From: Bacteroidales bacterium
GTDB taxonomy: Bacteria; Bacteroidota; Bacteroidia; Bacteroidales; PUMT01
Direction: 5' to 3'
NCBI GenBank assembly: GCA_007133565.1
Contig: SLMM01000051.1
Coordinates: 1-62,575, forward strand
DNA: 62,575 nucleotides
The notes under the pieces are model-generated. The model saw only the letters and a list, made by a program, of their open reading frames with translations. It ran no database searches and was not told the origin of the DNA. Below are positions 8,182 through 16,558 of this stretch, one piece after another (positions within the stretch are counted from its first letter, which is position 1; the number at the start of each line of letters is the position of its first letter). The position numbers and the translations under genes are program-made.

Positions 8182-11100
8182 TCACCTCTCCATCAGCATC
8201 TGGTAGTAGCTGTTGAACTCGTTGTTGAGCTGGTATTCCAGTTCCCAGTCGTTGCCGGATACGGTGGTGAGCAGTTCCCTGAAAAGGGCAAGAGCGCTGT
8301 TCAGCTCGTGCTCGATATAGGGCCTGAACCTGCGGTGCATGGAAATGTAGTAGTTCATCTCCTTCCTGAGCAGGTCTGCTTTTCGGTTTGCCAGGGCCGA
8401 CGCTTTGTCCCCTTCCCCGATAAGGTAATAATTCTCAATAATCGGAATTATGAAGTAGTTGTACGGGATAGTCTCATGCGGCAGCTTATCGACGGCAAGG
8501 TCGAGGATGACGGCGGCCGAATCGTGCCTTCCCTCTTGTGCAAGGTTGCCGGCGAGGCGGGCGAGGATGTTGCGCAGGTTGGAGCCCATGCGGCGGTGTG
8601 TCTCGTCAAGGTAAACGGCGGGGTCGTAGATGTTGCCCCATTTGAACTCTTCGGTTACGTTACTGTACATGGCGGCGGTGTTGACATGGCCGGTGAAGCG
8701 GCCCATCTCCTGTTTGAGTATGGGCACCAGCCTGTAGGCCATGCCCTCGAGCTGAAGGTAATTGTGCAGCCCGAGCATCTCTGCCGAGGGTACCGTAACG
8801 GCAAAGTATACGGGGCGTTCCCAGTTGTTGGTGGCAATGATGTCGAGGAGGGCAAGGTCTGATTTGGTCATGAAGTTGCGCCTGATGTACCACTCCATCT
8901 CGGGCTCAATCAGGTGGGCGCGGCCGGGTTCAACAGTGCCTGTGTTCAGGATATGGAAGGGATCTACGGGCAGGGTGAGGGTTTTGCCCGGGAGGTAGTT
9001 TGTAAATTCGGTTTCTGATATCTGCAGCTTGTTGACGGTGTCGTCGCTAAGGATAAATTCCAGGGCGTCATGGAGGTTGAGGGGTACGGGTACCTGGTCG
9101 AACAGGTAGATGATTTCACGTGTGCCCGGAAGGTACTTGTCACGGGTCATCGAAAGGGGCAGGGGAGCCGACTCGTACACCTGTTTTTTCATCTGGTCTA
9201 TGTACCAGTCGGTCGACAGGTAGCTCAGGTTGACAACCCTGATGTCGGTGCGTATGCCTTCAACCTCCTGTGCGTACCACAGGGGGAAGGTGTCGTTGTC
9301 GCCATAGGTGAACAGAATGGCGTTCGGGGCGCAACTCTCGAGGTAATTGACGGCCATGTCGCGGGCTGTATAGCGGCCTGACCGGTCATGGTCGTTCCAG
9401 TTCTGGATGGCCATGTTTCCGGGAATGAAGATCAGGGGAATGAGGACGGCAGCCAGTGCTCCACGCAGCCCTTTGACGTAGTGTCTGAGGTTGTCGTACA
9501 CGGCCAGCACACCAATACCTATCCAGATGGCGAAGGCATAAAAGCTGCCCACGTATGCGTAGTCCCTCTCCCTGGGCTGGTAGGGAGTCTGGTTGAGGTA
9601 TATCACGATGGCGATGCCGGTAAAGAAGAAGAGCAGGAACACCACCCAGGCATCTTTCTTGTTCTTCTGGATATGGTAGAGCAGGCCGATTAAGCCAAGT
9701 AAAAGCGGTAGCATGTAATAACGGTTCCTTGCACGGTTCTTTTCAAGGTGGTCGGGAAGGCCGTACTGGGAACCCAGCCTTTGCTGATCGATAAAATGAA
9801 TTCCCGACATCCAGTTGCCCTCAAGGAGGCGGCCGTGTCCCTGGATATCATTCTGCCTTCCGGCGAAGTTCCACATGAAGTACCTCAGGTACATGTGGCC
9901 GAGCTGATAGGTTGCAAAGAAGCGCAGGTTCTCGGTAAGTGCCGGCCTTACAATGGTTTCGGTCGTGCCGTCTTCGTGCGTGACCTCCACCTCCCTGCCT
10001 TCTATCCTGCCCCATTCCCTGTAGGCGTCGATATGGGCGGGGTCGGGGCTGTACATGCGGGGGAAGAGGGTTTTGAAACGGTTGTCGTAATGGTAACCGG
10101 TGGGGCGGCTTACAGGCATGTACCGGCCCTCTTTCTGGATATAGGCCGGGCGCCTTTGATATTCGCCTGTAATTGGGGCGTTGTAATAAGGGCCGTAGAG
10201 CAGAGGCCTGTCGCCATACTGCTCCCTGTTAAGGTAAGAGAGGAGGGAGAACATGTTGTCGGGGCTGTTCTGGTCCATCGGCGTACCGGCATGCGACCGT
10301 ATCACTATGGTGGTGTATGAGGAGTAGCCGATGAGCATGACGGTTATGCCGAGGAAGATGGTGTGCAACACCGGCATGTTGCGCCTTCGGGTATAAATGA
10401 GGGCAGCAATAAGGGCGGTGATGATCAGGAGAAGGTAAATGATAACCCCGCTCTTGAACGGCAGCCCCACAGTGTTGACGAAAAAGAGCTCGAAGTATGA
10501 TGCTGCAACTACAAATCCCTGGATGATACCGTACATAACGGCCACGAGCAAAAGAACGGCTATGGCCGATGCTTTCAGGAACCCTTTGAAAGTGGCGGGA
10601 TAGTTTTTGAAATAGTATATGAATACTATGGCAGGTATGGCCAGCAGGTTGAGCAGGTGCACGCCTGTTGAAAGCCCCATGAGGTAGGCAATAAGTATCA
10701 GCCAGCGGCCGGAGCCTGGCTGTCCGGCAGAATCCTCCCATTTGAGGATGGCCCAGAATACCACGGCCGTGAAGAGCGAGGAGAGTGCGTAAACCTCGGC
10801 TTCGACTGCCGAAAACCAGAAGCTGTCTGTAAAGGTGTAGGCCAGCGCACCGGTAAAGCCGGCTCCGATTACCGTTATGATTTGCAGTGTTGTGCAGTTG
10901 TTGGCGGGTATGGCTATCTTCCTTGCCAGGTGGGTGATGGTGAGGAAGAGGAACATGATGGTGAAGGCGCTTGCCAGGGCCGACATGATATTGATACTGA
11001 GGGCAACCCTTTCGGGACTGCCGGCAAAGAGGCTGAAGATGCGGCCAAGGAGCATATAAACGGGGGCTCCCGGGGGATGCCCCACCTGCAGCTTGTAGGC

Positions 11101-11226
11101 AGCGGTTATAAATTCGCCGGTGTCCCAAAATCCTGCAGTGGGTTCAACAGTAAGGATATATACCGTGGCCGCTGCCAGGAATGCGGTCCATGAGCCGTAG
11201 AGTTCTGCTTTTTTGAAGTTCTGCAT
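8182..11226 (-). CDS. DUF2723 domain-containing polytopic membrane protein (GT-C-like putative glycosyltransferase)
   Basis: N-terminus ..TVEPTAGFWDTGEFITAAYKLQVGHPPGAPVYMLLGRIF.. is the DUF2723 signature as I remember it. Many TM helices follow, then a large C-terminal soluble region. 1014 aa is the usual Bacteroidota size. Confidence 0.85.
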   Translation of the reverse strand: MQNFKKAELYGSWTAFLAAATVYILTVEPTAGFWDTGEFITAAYKLQVGHPPGAPVYMLLGRIFSLFAGSPERVALSINIMSALASAFTIMFLFLTITHLARKIAIPANNCTTLQIITVIGAGFTGALAYTFTDSFWFSAVEAEVYALSSLFTAVVFWAILKWEDSAGQPGSGRWLILIAYLMGLSTGVHLLNLLAIPAIVFIYYFKNYPATFKGFLKASAIAVLLLVAVMYGIIQGFVVAASYFELFFVNTVGLPFKSGVIIYLLLIITALIAALIYTRRRNMPVLHTIFLGITVMLIGYSSYTTIVIRSHAGTPMDQNSPDNMFSLLSYLNREQYGDRPLLYGPYYNAPITGEYQRRPAYIQKEGRYMPVSRPTGYHYDNRFKTLFPRMYSPDPAHIDAYREWGRIEGREVEVTHEDGTTETIVRPALTENLRFFATYQLGHMYLRYFMWNFAGRQNDIQGHGRLLEGNWMSGIHFIDQQRLGSQYGLPDHLEKNRARNRYYMLPLLLGLIGLLYHIQKNKKDAWVVFLLFFFTGIAIVIYLNQTPYQPRERDYAYVGSFYAFAIWIGIGVLAVYDNLRHYVKGLRGALAAVLIPLIFIPGNMAIQNWNDHDRSGRYTARDMAVNYLESCAPNAILFTYGDNDTFPLWYAQEVEGIRTDIRVVNLSYLSTDWYIDQMKKQVYESAPLPLSMTRDKYLPGTREIIYLFDQVPVPLNLHDALEFILSDDTVNKLQISETEFTNYLPGKTLTLPVDPFHILNTGTVEPGRAHLIEPEMEWYIRRNFMTKSDLALLDIIATNNWERPVYFAVTVPSAEMLGLHNYLQLEGMAYRLVPILKQEMGRFTGHVNTAAMYSNVTEEFKWGNIYDPAVYLDETHRRMGSNLRNILARLAGNLAQEGRHDSAAVILDLAVDKLPHETIPYNYFIIPIIENYYLIGEGDKASALANRKADLLRKEMNYYISMHRRFRPYIEHELNSALALFRELLTTVSGNDWELEYQLNNEFNSYYQMLMER

Positions 11227-11429
11227 GGTGAGCCGGGAGCGGACTGTTTTTTTGGTTGCGAGTGTAAAGAACGAAATTTTTTGGTTAATATTGAAACCCT
11301 GTTTCGGGTTTAGGGGATACTGGAAGGTTTGTGGCGGTCATTGATGAGGAGCCGGCTTTCAAAGTAATGATGGAGGTAATGCCAGGAAAAACCAGGCCTC
11401 TTTCTGGTTAGTCTGAGTAGAATAATTGA

Positions 11430-11437
11430 TATATTTG
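11430..11437 (+). promoter_or_regulatory. candidate -7 box (TATATTTG)
   Basis: Exact TAnnTTTG match 17 nt upstream of the ATG at 11455. Confidence 0.4.
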
Positions 11438-11454
11438 CTATATAGATATTGAAC

Positions 11455-11772
11455 ATGGACAACACACGACAAGTTGAAGAAATCATTAAAACCACAGCAA
11501 AGAAATATATACCTGATGCTGAGGTAATTTTATTCGGTTCCAGATCCAGGATGACTCATGATTCTGAAAGTGATTACGATATCTTAATAATTACCCACAA
11601 GAATCTGTCCCCCAGGCAAAAGATGCCATATAAGACAAAAATTCGCAGAGAATTATTACAATCAAATATCAGATCCGATATTCTTGTGCAAAGTCATAAA
11701 GAAATTGAAAAGAAAAAAAATCTACCAGGTCATATTATCAAAACTATCCTTAATGATTCAATCCTTTTATGA
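11455..11772 (+). CDS. minimal nucleotidyltransferase (MNT) domain protein, putative antitoxin of an MNT/HEPN pair
   Basis: ..EVILFGSRSRMTHDSESDYDILIIT.. gives the GS...DxD pol-beta-type NTase motif. The track ORF starts at TTG 11449 and ATG 11455 is the more likely start. There is a 4-nt ATGA overlap with the next gene. Confidence 0.8.
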   Translation: MDNTRQVEEIIKTTAKKYIPDAEVILFGSRSRMTHDSESDYDILIITHKNLSPRQKMPYKTKIRRELLQSNIRSDILVQSHKEIEKKKNLPGHIIKTILNDSILL

Positions 11773-12170
11773 ATCGGGAAAAAATTGAATATATTAAAAA
11801 CTGGCTTTTCAGGGCAAATGAGGATATTGCAGTAATAGATAATCTTATAAATGCTGGCATAGAGAATTATACCAGCACTATTTGTTTTCATGCGCAACAA
11901 GCATCAGAAAAATTCTTAAAAGCTTTTCTGGTTAATCATGATGTGGACTTTCCGAGGACCCATGATCTGGATTTTCTATTACTGGAGTGTCAAAAGATTA
12001 ATAAAGAGGCATTTCAGGATATTAACCTTAAAAATCTAACTGAATTTGGTGTTTCTGTAAGGTATCCAGATGATTTTTATATTCCGTTAGTAAGTGAAGC
12101 TTTAGATTATCAACAAATTGCGAAAGAAATAAGAGGAATAGTTGAAGGATTGATTAAGCTTGAACCCTAA
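11769..12170 (+). CDS. HEPN domain protein (PF05168-like), putative toxin partner of the MNT
   Basis: ..AQQASEKFLKAFL..DFPRTHDLDFLL..GVSVRYPDD.. matches the helical HEPN pattern (THDL and RYP segments). It is translationally coupled to the MNT gene. Confidence 0.8.
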   Translation: MNREKIEYIKNWLFRANEDIAVIDNLINAGIENYTSTICFHAQQASEKFLKAFLVNHDVDFPRTHDLDFLLLECQKINKEAFQDINLKNLTEFGVSVRYPDDFYIPLVSEALDYQQIAKEIRGIVEGLIKLEP

Positions 12171-12359
12171 CAGGCATTACAACATAGTGTGCCGAGAAGG
12201 GCGTTACATTCTGTCAAAAGCTGTAGAGTATGTTATGCAGTGATTAGTACAGAGGCTACCTGTTTATTGGCTGTACGGCAAGCGTCATACAGGCGGCATG
12301 AACTTTATCCGGGCTTGGTTACGGATCGTTAAGTGGTGCGGTTGTAAATTTTAATTTCA

Positions 12360-13493
12360 ATGTTCAACAGGGTTATTCTGGTCATAATATTTGCCATGGG
12401 CCTTGCAGCTAACGGTGCCGCCCAGTATGGCAACGAAATCTATTATTCTGACAGGACAATTGATCCGGCCGACAGCAGCAGTTTGTTCCTGCGCTTCGGT
12501 GGCTCGGCGTTTGTGAATAATAAGGAGTTTTTCAATGTTTACCAACCGGGATACACACTGATAGGTTTCTATCTGCAGCCGCAGCTTGAGTATTACCCGG
12601 GTCCGTCAACTATGTTGAGGGCGGGAGTTCACCTTCTGAAGTATAGCGGACTGGGGGAGTTTCACCAGGCAATACCAACCTTCACCGTCCATCACAGCTT
12701 TGCACCGGGGTTCGAACTGGTGTTCGGCTCGCTGTACGGATCGCTCAACCATGGCTTGATAGAGCCGCTGTTCAAGTTTGAGCGTGTATTTACCCACCAT
12801 AATGAGAGCGGGCTGCAGTTTCTGATTGATATGGATTTTATAGAAGCCGACATCTGGCTCAACTGGGAGAGGTTCATCTTTACCGGAAGCCCTTTCCAGG
12901 AGGAGTTCACGGCCGGGTTCTCTTCGACGATCTTCCCGGGCGAAAGGGAGGGGAGGTTCAGGCTTGAACTGCCTCTACAGTTGCTGGCCACCCACCTGGG
13001 GGGACAGATTGATGTTTCTGAAGAGAGGCTGCAGACGCTGGTCAACTTTGCAGGAGGAGTTGTGGCTGAGTGGGATGTTGGGGGACCGGTTGTGGAGACG
13101 CTGGGTTTCAGGGGATATCTGGCAGGATTTGCTGACCTGTCGAATTACCTGCGATATCCTTACGACAGGGGCTGGGGGCTGTATCCCAACATTCATGTGA
13201 AGACCCGGTGGGTTGAAGGGGGGCTGGGCTACTGGGTGGGAAACAGGTTCGTGGCACCCCGAGGCGAGCCGGTATTCCAGTCCGTTTCCCGTGTTGACCC
13301 TGATGTTGCAGAGGCCCACAGGGAGCTGCTTACTGCAAAGGTTATCCATAACCGCAAGCTGGTAAGGGGGCTGAAGATGGGGCTGCGGTTCGAGGTCTAT
13401 TACGATCATCCGGCCAGGCAGTTCGATCATACCGGGGGGCTGCACATCATGATCGACGAGAGGTTCTTTATTACTACGCTTAAGTCACGGTAG
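12360..13493 (+). CDS. hypothetical secreted protein, possibly an outer-membrane beta-barrel
   Basis: Signal peptide MFNRVILVIIFAMGLAANGAAQ. The rest is rich in aromatic/Gly alternating stretches. I do not recognise a family. Confidence 0.5.
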   Translation: MFNRVILVIIFAMGLAANGAAQYGNEIYYSDRTIDPADSSSLFLRFGGSAFVNNKEFFNVYQPGYTLIGFYLQPQLEYYPGPSTMLRAGVHLLKYSGLGEFHQAIPTFTVHHSFAPGFELVFGSLYGSLNHGLIEPLFKFERVFTHHNESGLQFLIDMDFIEADIWLNWERFIFTGSPFQEEFTAGFSSTIFPGEREGRFRLELPLQLLATHLGGQIDVSEERLQTLVNFAGGVVAEWDVGGPVVETLGFRGYLAGFADLSNYLRYPYDRGWGLYPNIHVKTRWVEGGLGYWVGNRFVAPRGEPVFQSVSRVDPDVAEAHRELLTAKVIHNRKLVRGLKMGLRFEVYYDHPARQFDHTGGLHIMIDERFFITTLKSR

Positions 13494-13555
13494 GGGCCGG
13501 CCGGCGTTGACAATTGCTGCGACCGGGATTACAAATTTGACGAAATATATATAAG

Positions 13556-14224
13556 TTAAACTGTATTATGCAGAATTTGATAATCAGCTACAAACCGCCA
13601 GGGTTTTGATTTCCAGGGTTCGCCGGCGTAGTCGATGCCGATGCGGGGTGTTGCGGTGTGGGGAAGGGTGATACCGGTTTCTTCGAGCCAGATCCTTTGG
13701 GAGGTGCAGAGGGGCTCGCCGTTAAAGCTGCTGTCTATGCCGAGTGCTTTGGTGAGGCGTCCCGGACCGGTAATTGGTTTGCTGACAGACTCCTGCACGT
13801 TTGCCTGGTTGCCTGTGGCGGCAGTTCGTGCCTTACCGGCCGGGAAGGATCCGGTTTTTTGACAGGTTTGGCTGCCGGACTGATGGCCGCAGGGTGGCAA
13901 GGTTCCATCCACCGCCCTTATAAGCACGGCCTGGGGGTCTCCCTCGTGGCCGGCGACAATGTTCAGCATCCAGTGAATTCCGTAAACCAGGTATACGTAG
14001 AGAACTCCTCCCTCATCGTACATGATCGCGGTGCGAGGAGTGCGGCCACGGCTTGCATGGCAGGCAAGGTCCTCTTCGCCCCTGTAGGCTTCGGTTTCTG
14101 TGATCATATATGAAACGGTGGTGCCTCCAGGGTGGACCCTGACAAGCTTCTTGCCCAGCAGGGCCGGTGCCAGCTCCAGCACGTCACGGGTATAGAAGTT
14201 TTTTTCAAGACGATGAATTGCCAT
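13556..14224 (-). CDS. mpg: DNA-3-methyladenine glycosylase (Mpg/AAG family)
   Basis: FYTRDVLELAPALLGKKLV..ITETEAY.G.EDLACHASRGRTPRT..MY..GG.LYVYLVYGIHWMLN.V....DPQAVLIRA...GPGRLTKALGI...PRIGIDYAGE....PWRF. The likely start is MAIHRLEKNF at 14224. The track ORF extends to 14305, into the upstream gene. Confidence 0.85.
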   Translation of the reverse strand: MAIHRLEKNFYTRDVLELAPALLGKKLVRVHPGGTTVSYMITETEAYRGEEDLACHASRGRTPRTAIMYDEGGVLYVYLVYGIHWMLNIVAGHEGDPQAVLIRAVDGTLPPCGHQSGSQTCQKTGSFPAGKARTAATGNQANVQESVSKPITGPGRLTKALGIDSSFNGEPLCTSQRIWLEETGITLPHTATPRIGIDYAGEPWKSKPWRFVADYQILHNTV

Positions 14225-15824
14225 TGTCGGGATAGCATTTAACCTGGGCAAATATAAACAGCGCGTAAAAAAAGGCAAAGAAGGTTGCGCCAGCCTGGGT
14301 TTCAAGGGTGTCTTCGGTAATCATTGACAGCAGAGCAACAATGGCAAAAATAAATGGCATCATCTGTGCCTGCCTTTTTTCTATAAAGAACGGGGCTGTC
14401 ATGCTGAACACTGCCAGTAGAAAACCTGCTATGCCAAAGCTGATAAGGAAGGTTAGAAACTGGTTATGTGCCCTTAGTTGCCACTCGGGCGACAGGAGGG
14501 TTTCATTCTCTTCGTACTGCCTTTGATAGGCAAGCGCCACATCACCGGTTCCCGTTCCGAACCAGAAATTACGGGCTGCAATATCAATACCTGTCTTCCA
14601 GTATTCAATGCGCTGGGCAATGGAGTGCCCGGTAGGGTTTCCTCCCTTCCGGTAATTGTCTATTTCCCATATTACCTGGTAAATCCTGGGGTATATCCAC
14701 TTGTTATGCTGGTAGATGTAATTGGCCATGCCGTTCTCTATATTGCGGATATCGGTTTCAGTGAGTCTTGAAACACCCGCAGCATCCTTGTCATAACCGA
14801 GTGATGTAAGATACCTTATCAGGGTGTGGCGAAGTTCATGACCCATATTGTCGAGCCCCATGTAGTCGAGGCTGCTGCGGCGGTTCCATTGCTGCGCCAG
14901 CTCTTGCTCATTAATGTTGATCCAGACATAGTTGCCGTTTTCCATCTGCCTGTTCCAGGTATCATGCATATAGGTATTGCCCGAAGGGGTGTAGCTTTTC
15001 AGCAGCTCAGGGTCGATCTCTTTTGTTGAAAAAGAAAATATTATTACAACAGAATAGATCACGATAGCTGCCAGTACAGCTGAAATACCGTATAACAGGG
15101 GTGTCCTGATGTACCAGTACCGGTTCTCAAAGCAGGGTGAGAACATTATCAGGAAGATAAAGCTTGTAAGTATGAATATTATAATGCCGGTAAGTGATTG
15201 GAGTATGAAAAGGAAAAGGATGAGCCAGGCAAGTGTGGCCCAGAGGATATTGCGCATGGCACGGTTCCATCTGAAAGTCTCGGTCATAAGCAGGTAGATC
15301 AGGCTGAAAATGGCAATGTTGACAAGAAGTGAAAACCTGATATGAGAGATGAACACAGATATTTCCCGTACGTCTGACATGGGGTTCCAGGCGATTATAG
15401 ACAGTTGGTAAATGCTGACCAGGGAGCTGGCCACTATGGCTCCTGTAAATGTGAGCAGGACAACTTTAACCTGGTTCTCCCTTAGTGTACGGCTGGTGCC
15501 CATAATTACCGGCAGTAAAAGCAGTGGCAGCTTTATTTTGATGTCTCTGAAGGCGTATGAGAAATCGGTGGTGTTGATAAGCCAGAGCAGGTGAGCTGCA
15601 AAGAGCAACAGGAAAATAAAAACAGATTTCCGCTGCCAGATCTTTCGTATTTTGTTCTTCAGGTTGCCTTCGGCAAGCCAGTTCAGGGTAATTATTATCT
15701 GCGACACGGTGACAACAAAGGGTGACAGGGGCAGGCTTGCCGCCAGCAGTATAATGCCGCCGAAATAGACATAAAAATGAAAGAGGTTTCGGTTCCTTAT
15801 CATTGACAAAGAGATATAACCCAT
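14205..15824 (-). CDS. O-antigen ligase (Wzy_C)-like polytopic membrane protein
   Basis: More than 10 predicted TM helices, a large periplasmic loop, and ..RAHNQFLTFLISFGIAGFLL.. resembling the HN..L......G..G O-antigen ligase motif. Confidence 0.6.
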   Translation of the reverse strand: MGYISLSMIRNRNLFHFYVYFGGIILLAASLPLSPFVVTVSQIIITLNWLAEGNLKNKIRKIWQRKSVFIFLLLFAAHLLWLINTTDFSYAFRDIKIKLPLLLLPVIMGTSRTLRENQVKVVLLTFTGAIVASSLVSIYQLSIIAWNPMSDVREISVFISHIRFSLLVNIAIFSLIYLLMTETFRWNRAMRNILWATLAWLILFLFILQSLTGIIIFILTSFIFLIMFSPCFENRYWYIRTPLLYGISAVLAAIVIYSVVIIFSFSTKEIDPELLKSYTPSGNTYMHDTWNRQMENGNYVWININEQELAQQWNRRSSLDYMGLDNMGHELRHTLIRYLTSLGYDKDAAGVSRLTETDIRNIENGMANYIYQHNKWIYPRIYQVIWEIDNYRKGGNPTGHSIAQRIEYWKTGIDIAARNFWFGTGTGDVALAYQRQYEENETLLSPEWQLRAHNQFLTFLISFGIAGFLLAVFSMTAPFFIEKRQAQMMPFIFAIVALLSMITEDTLETQAGATFFAFFYALFIFAQVKCYPDNGNSSS

Positions 15825-15895
15825 TTATCCCGTAATGATGCTTTTTTCGGCTACCTGCTGATTGATCAGCTGGTGTAATCCTTAAAAAGACGGGA

Positions 15896-15903
15896 CAAAG
15901 ATA
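15896..15903 (-). promoter_or_regulatory. candidate -7 box (TATCTTTG on the minus strand)
   Basis: The + strand reads CAAAGATA. It is 72 nt upstream of the minus-strand ATG at 15824. Confidence 0.3.
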
Positions 15904-16021
15904 ATTTTTATTGCACAAAATTATTTTCCGGGGTCTGAAGGTGGGTATTATATTTTTCAGGTCAGGCCTGCGCGCGCAGGAAAAATTGTTGGTAAAATTA
16001 TTGAATAAATAAAAATAATTG

Positions 16022-16029
16022 TATTTTTG
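16022..16029 (+). promoter_or_regulatory. candidate -7 box (TATTTTTG) for the rplM-rpsI operon
   Basis: Exact TAnnTTTG match. It lies inside the 5' end of the track ORF 16019.., which argues that the real rplM start is the GTG at 16094. Confidence 0.45.
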
Positions 16030-16093
16030 CAGACCATTTACCGGAACGGTAAAGAGGAAAGATCAGGATAATAATCAAAATATTACCGTCAAA

Positions 16094-16549
16094 GTGGATA
16101 CATTAAGTTACAAGACAGTTTCGGCCAACAAGGCCACAGTAAATAAAGAGTGGGTTGTAATTGATGCAGAGGGCCAGGTACTGGGGCGCCTTGCATCAGT
16201 TGTCGCGGTTTTGCTGCGGGGCAAACACAAGCCCGACTTTACACCCCATGTAGATTGCGGCGACAATGTTATTGTTGTTAATGCCGAAAAGATTAAGCTT
16301 ACCGGCAACAAGACAGAGCAGAAATATTATATACATCATACAGGGTACCCGGGTGGGCAGCGTAAGACCCCCTTTAGCAGGGTTAAAGAGAGAATGCCCG
16401 AAAAAGTTATTGAGAGGGCTGTGAAGGGAATGCTGCCGAAAAACAGGCTTGGCAGGGAGATGTTCCGCAACCTCCATGTTTATGCTGGTGAAGGGCATCC
16501 ACACGAGGCACAGAAACCCAAAGCAGTTAATATTGAATCAATAAAGTAA
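16094..16549 (+). CDS. rplM: 50S ribosomal protein L13
   Basis: (V/M)DTLSYKTVSANKATVNKEWVVIDAEGQVLGRLAS..LRGKHKP.FTPHVDCGDNVIVVNAEKI is the canonical L13 N-terminus. The GTG start is chosen by homology and by the promoter position. Confidence 0.93.
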   Translation: MDTLSYKTVSANKATVNKEWVVIDAEGQVLGRLASVVAVLLRGKHKPDFTPHVDCGDNVIVVNAEKIKLTGNKTEQKYYIHHTGYPGGQRKTPFSRVKERMPEKVIERAVKGMLPKNRLGREMFRNLHVYAGEGHPHEAQKPKAVNIESIK

Positions 16550-16558
16550 TTCTGATAT

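Noticed and set aside
10229-11128. 299-aa His/Pro/Arg-rich ORF on the minus strand, plus several 60-250-aa ORFs on both strands across 8119..11193.
   Set aside because: All lie inside the DUF2723 gene in other frames. Their compositions are biased and they have no motifs. Such ORFs are expected in a long, moderately GC-rich gene.
11390-11409. Hairpin AACCAG-N8-CTGGTT that reads as hairpin + TTTTT on the minus strand, together with the minus-strand ORF 11310..11495.
   Set aside because: The stem is only 6 bp, and no minus-strand gene ends upstream of it. The 61-aa ORF has no support and overlaps the MNT promoter and start. An antisense RNA would be pure speculation.
13494-13510. GC-only palindromic run GCCGGCCGGC just after the stop of the 377-aa gene.
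   Set aside because: It is short, has no loop or T-tract, and is compatible with chance in a GC-rich stop context.
16019-16093. N-terminal extensions offered by the longest-ORF track. For rplM it is 16019. The same issue applies to dnaE (24442), comM (40913), DUF2807 (28388), mpg (14305), the CapD-like gene (28374, TTG), a rhomboid (36311, TTG), MNT (11449, TTG) and FISUMP (40205, TTG).
   Set aside because: Family N-termini begin at the internal ATG/GTG. In several cases a TAnnTTTG box falls inside the proposed extension, and several of the extensions rely on TTG starts.
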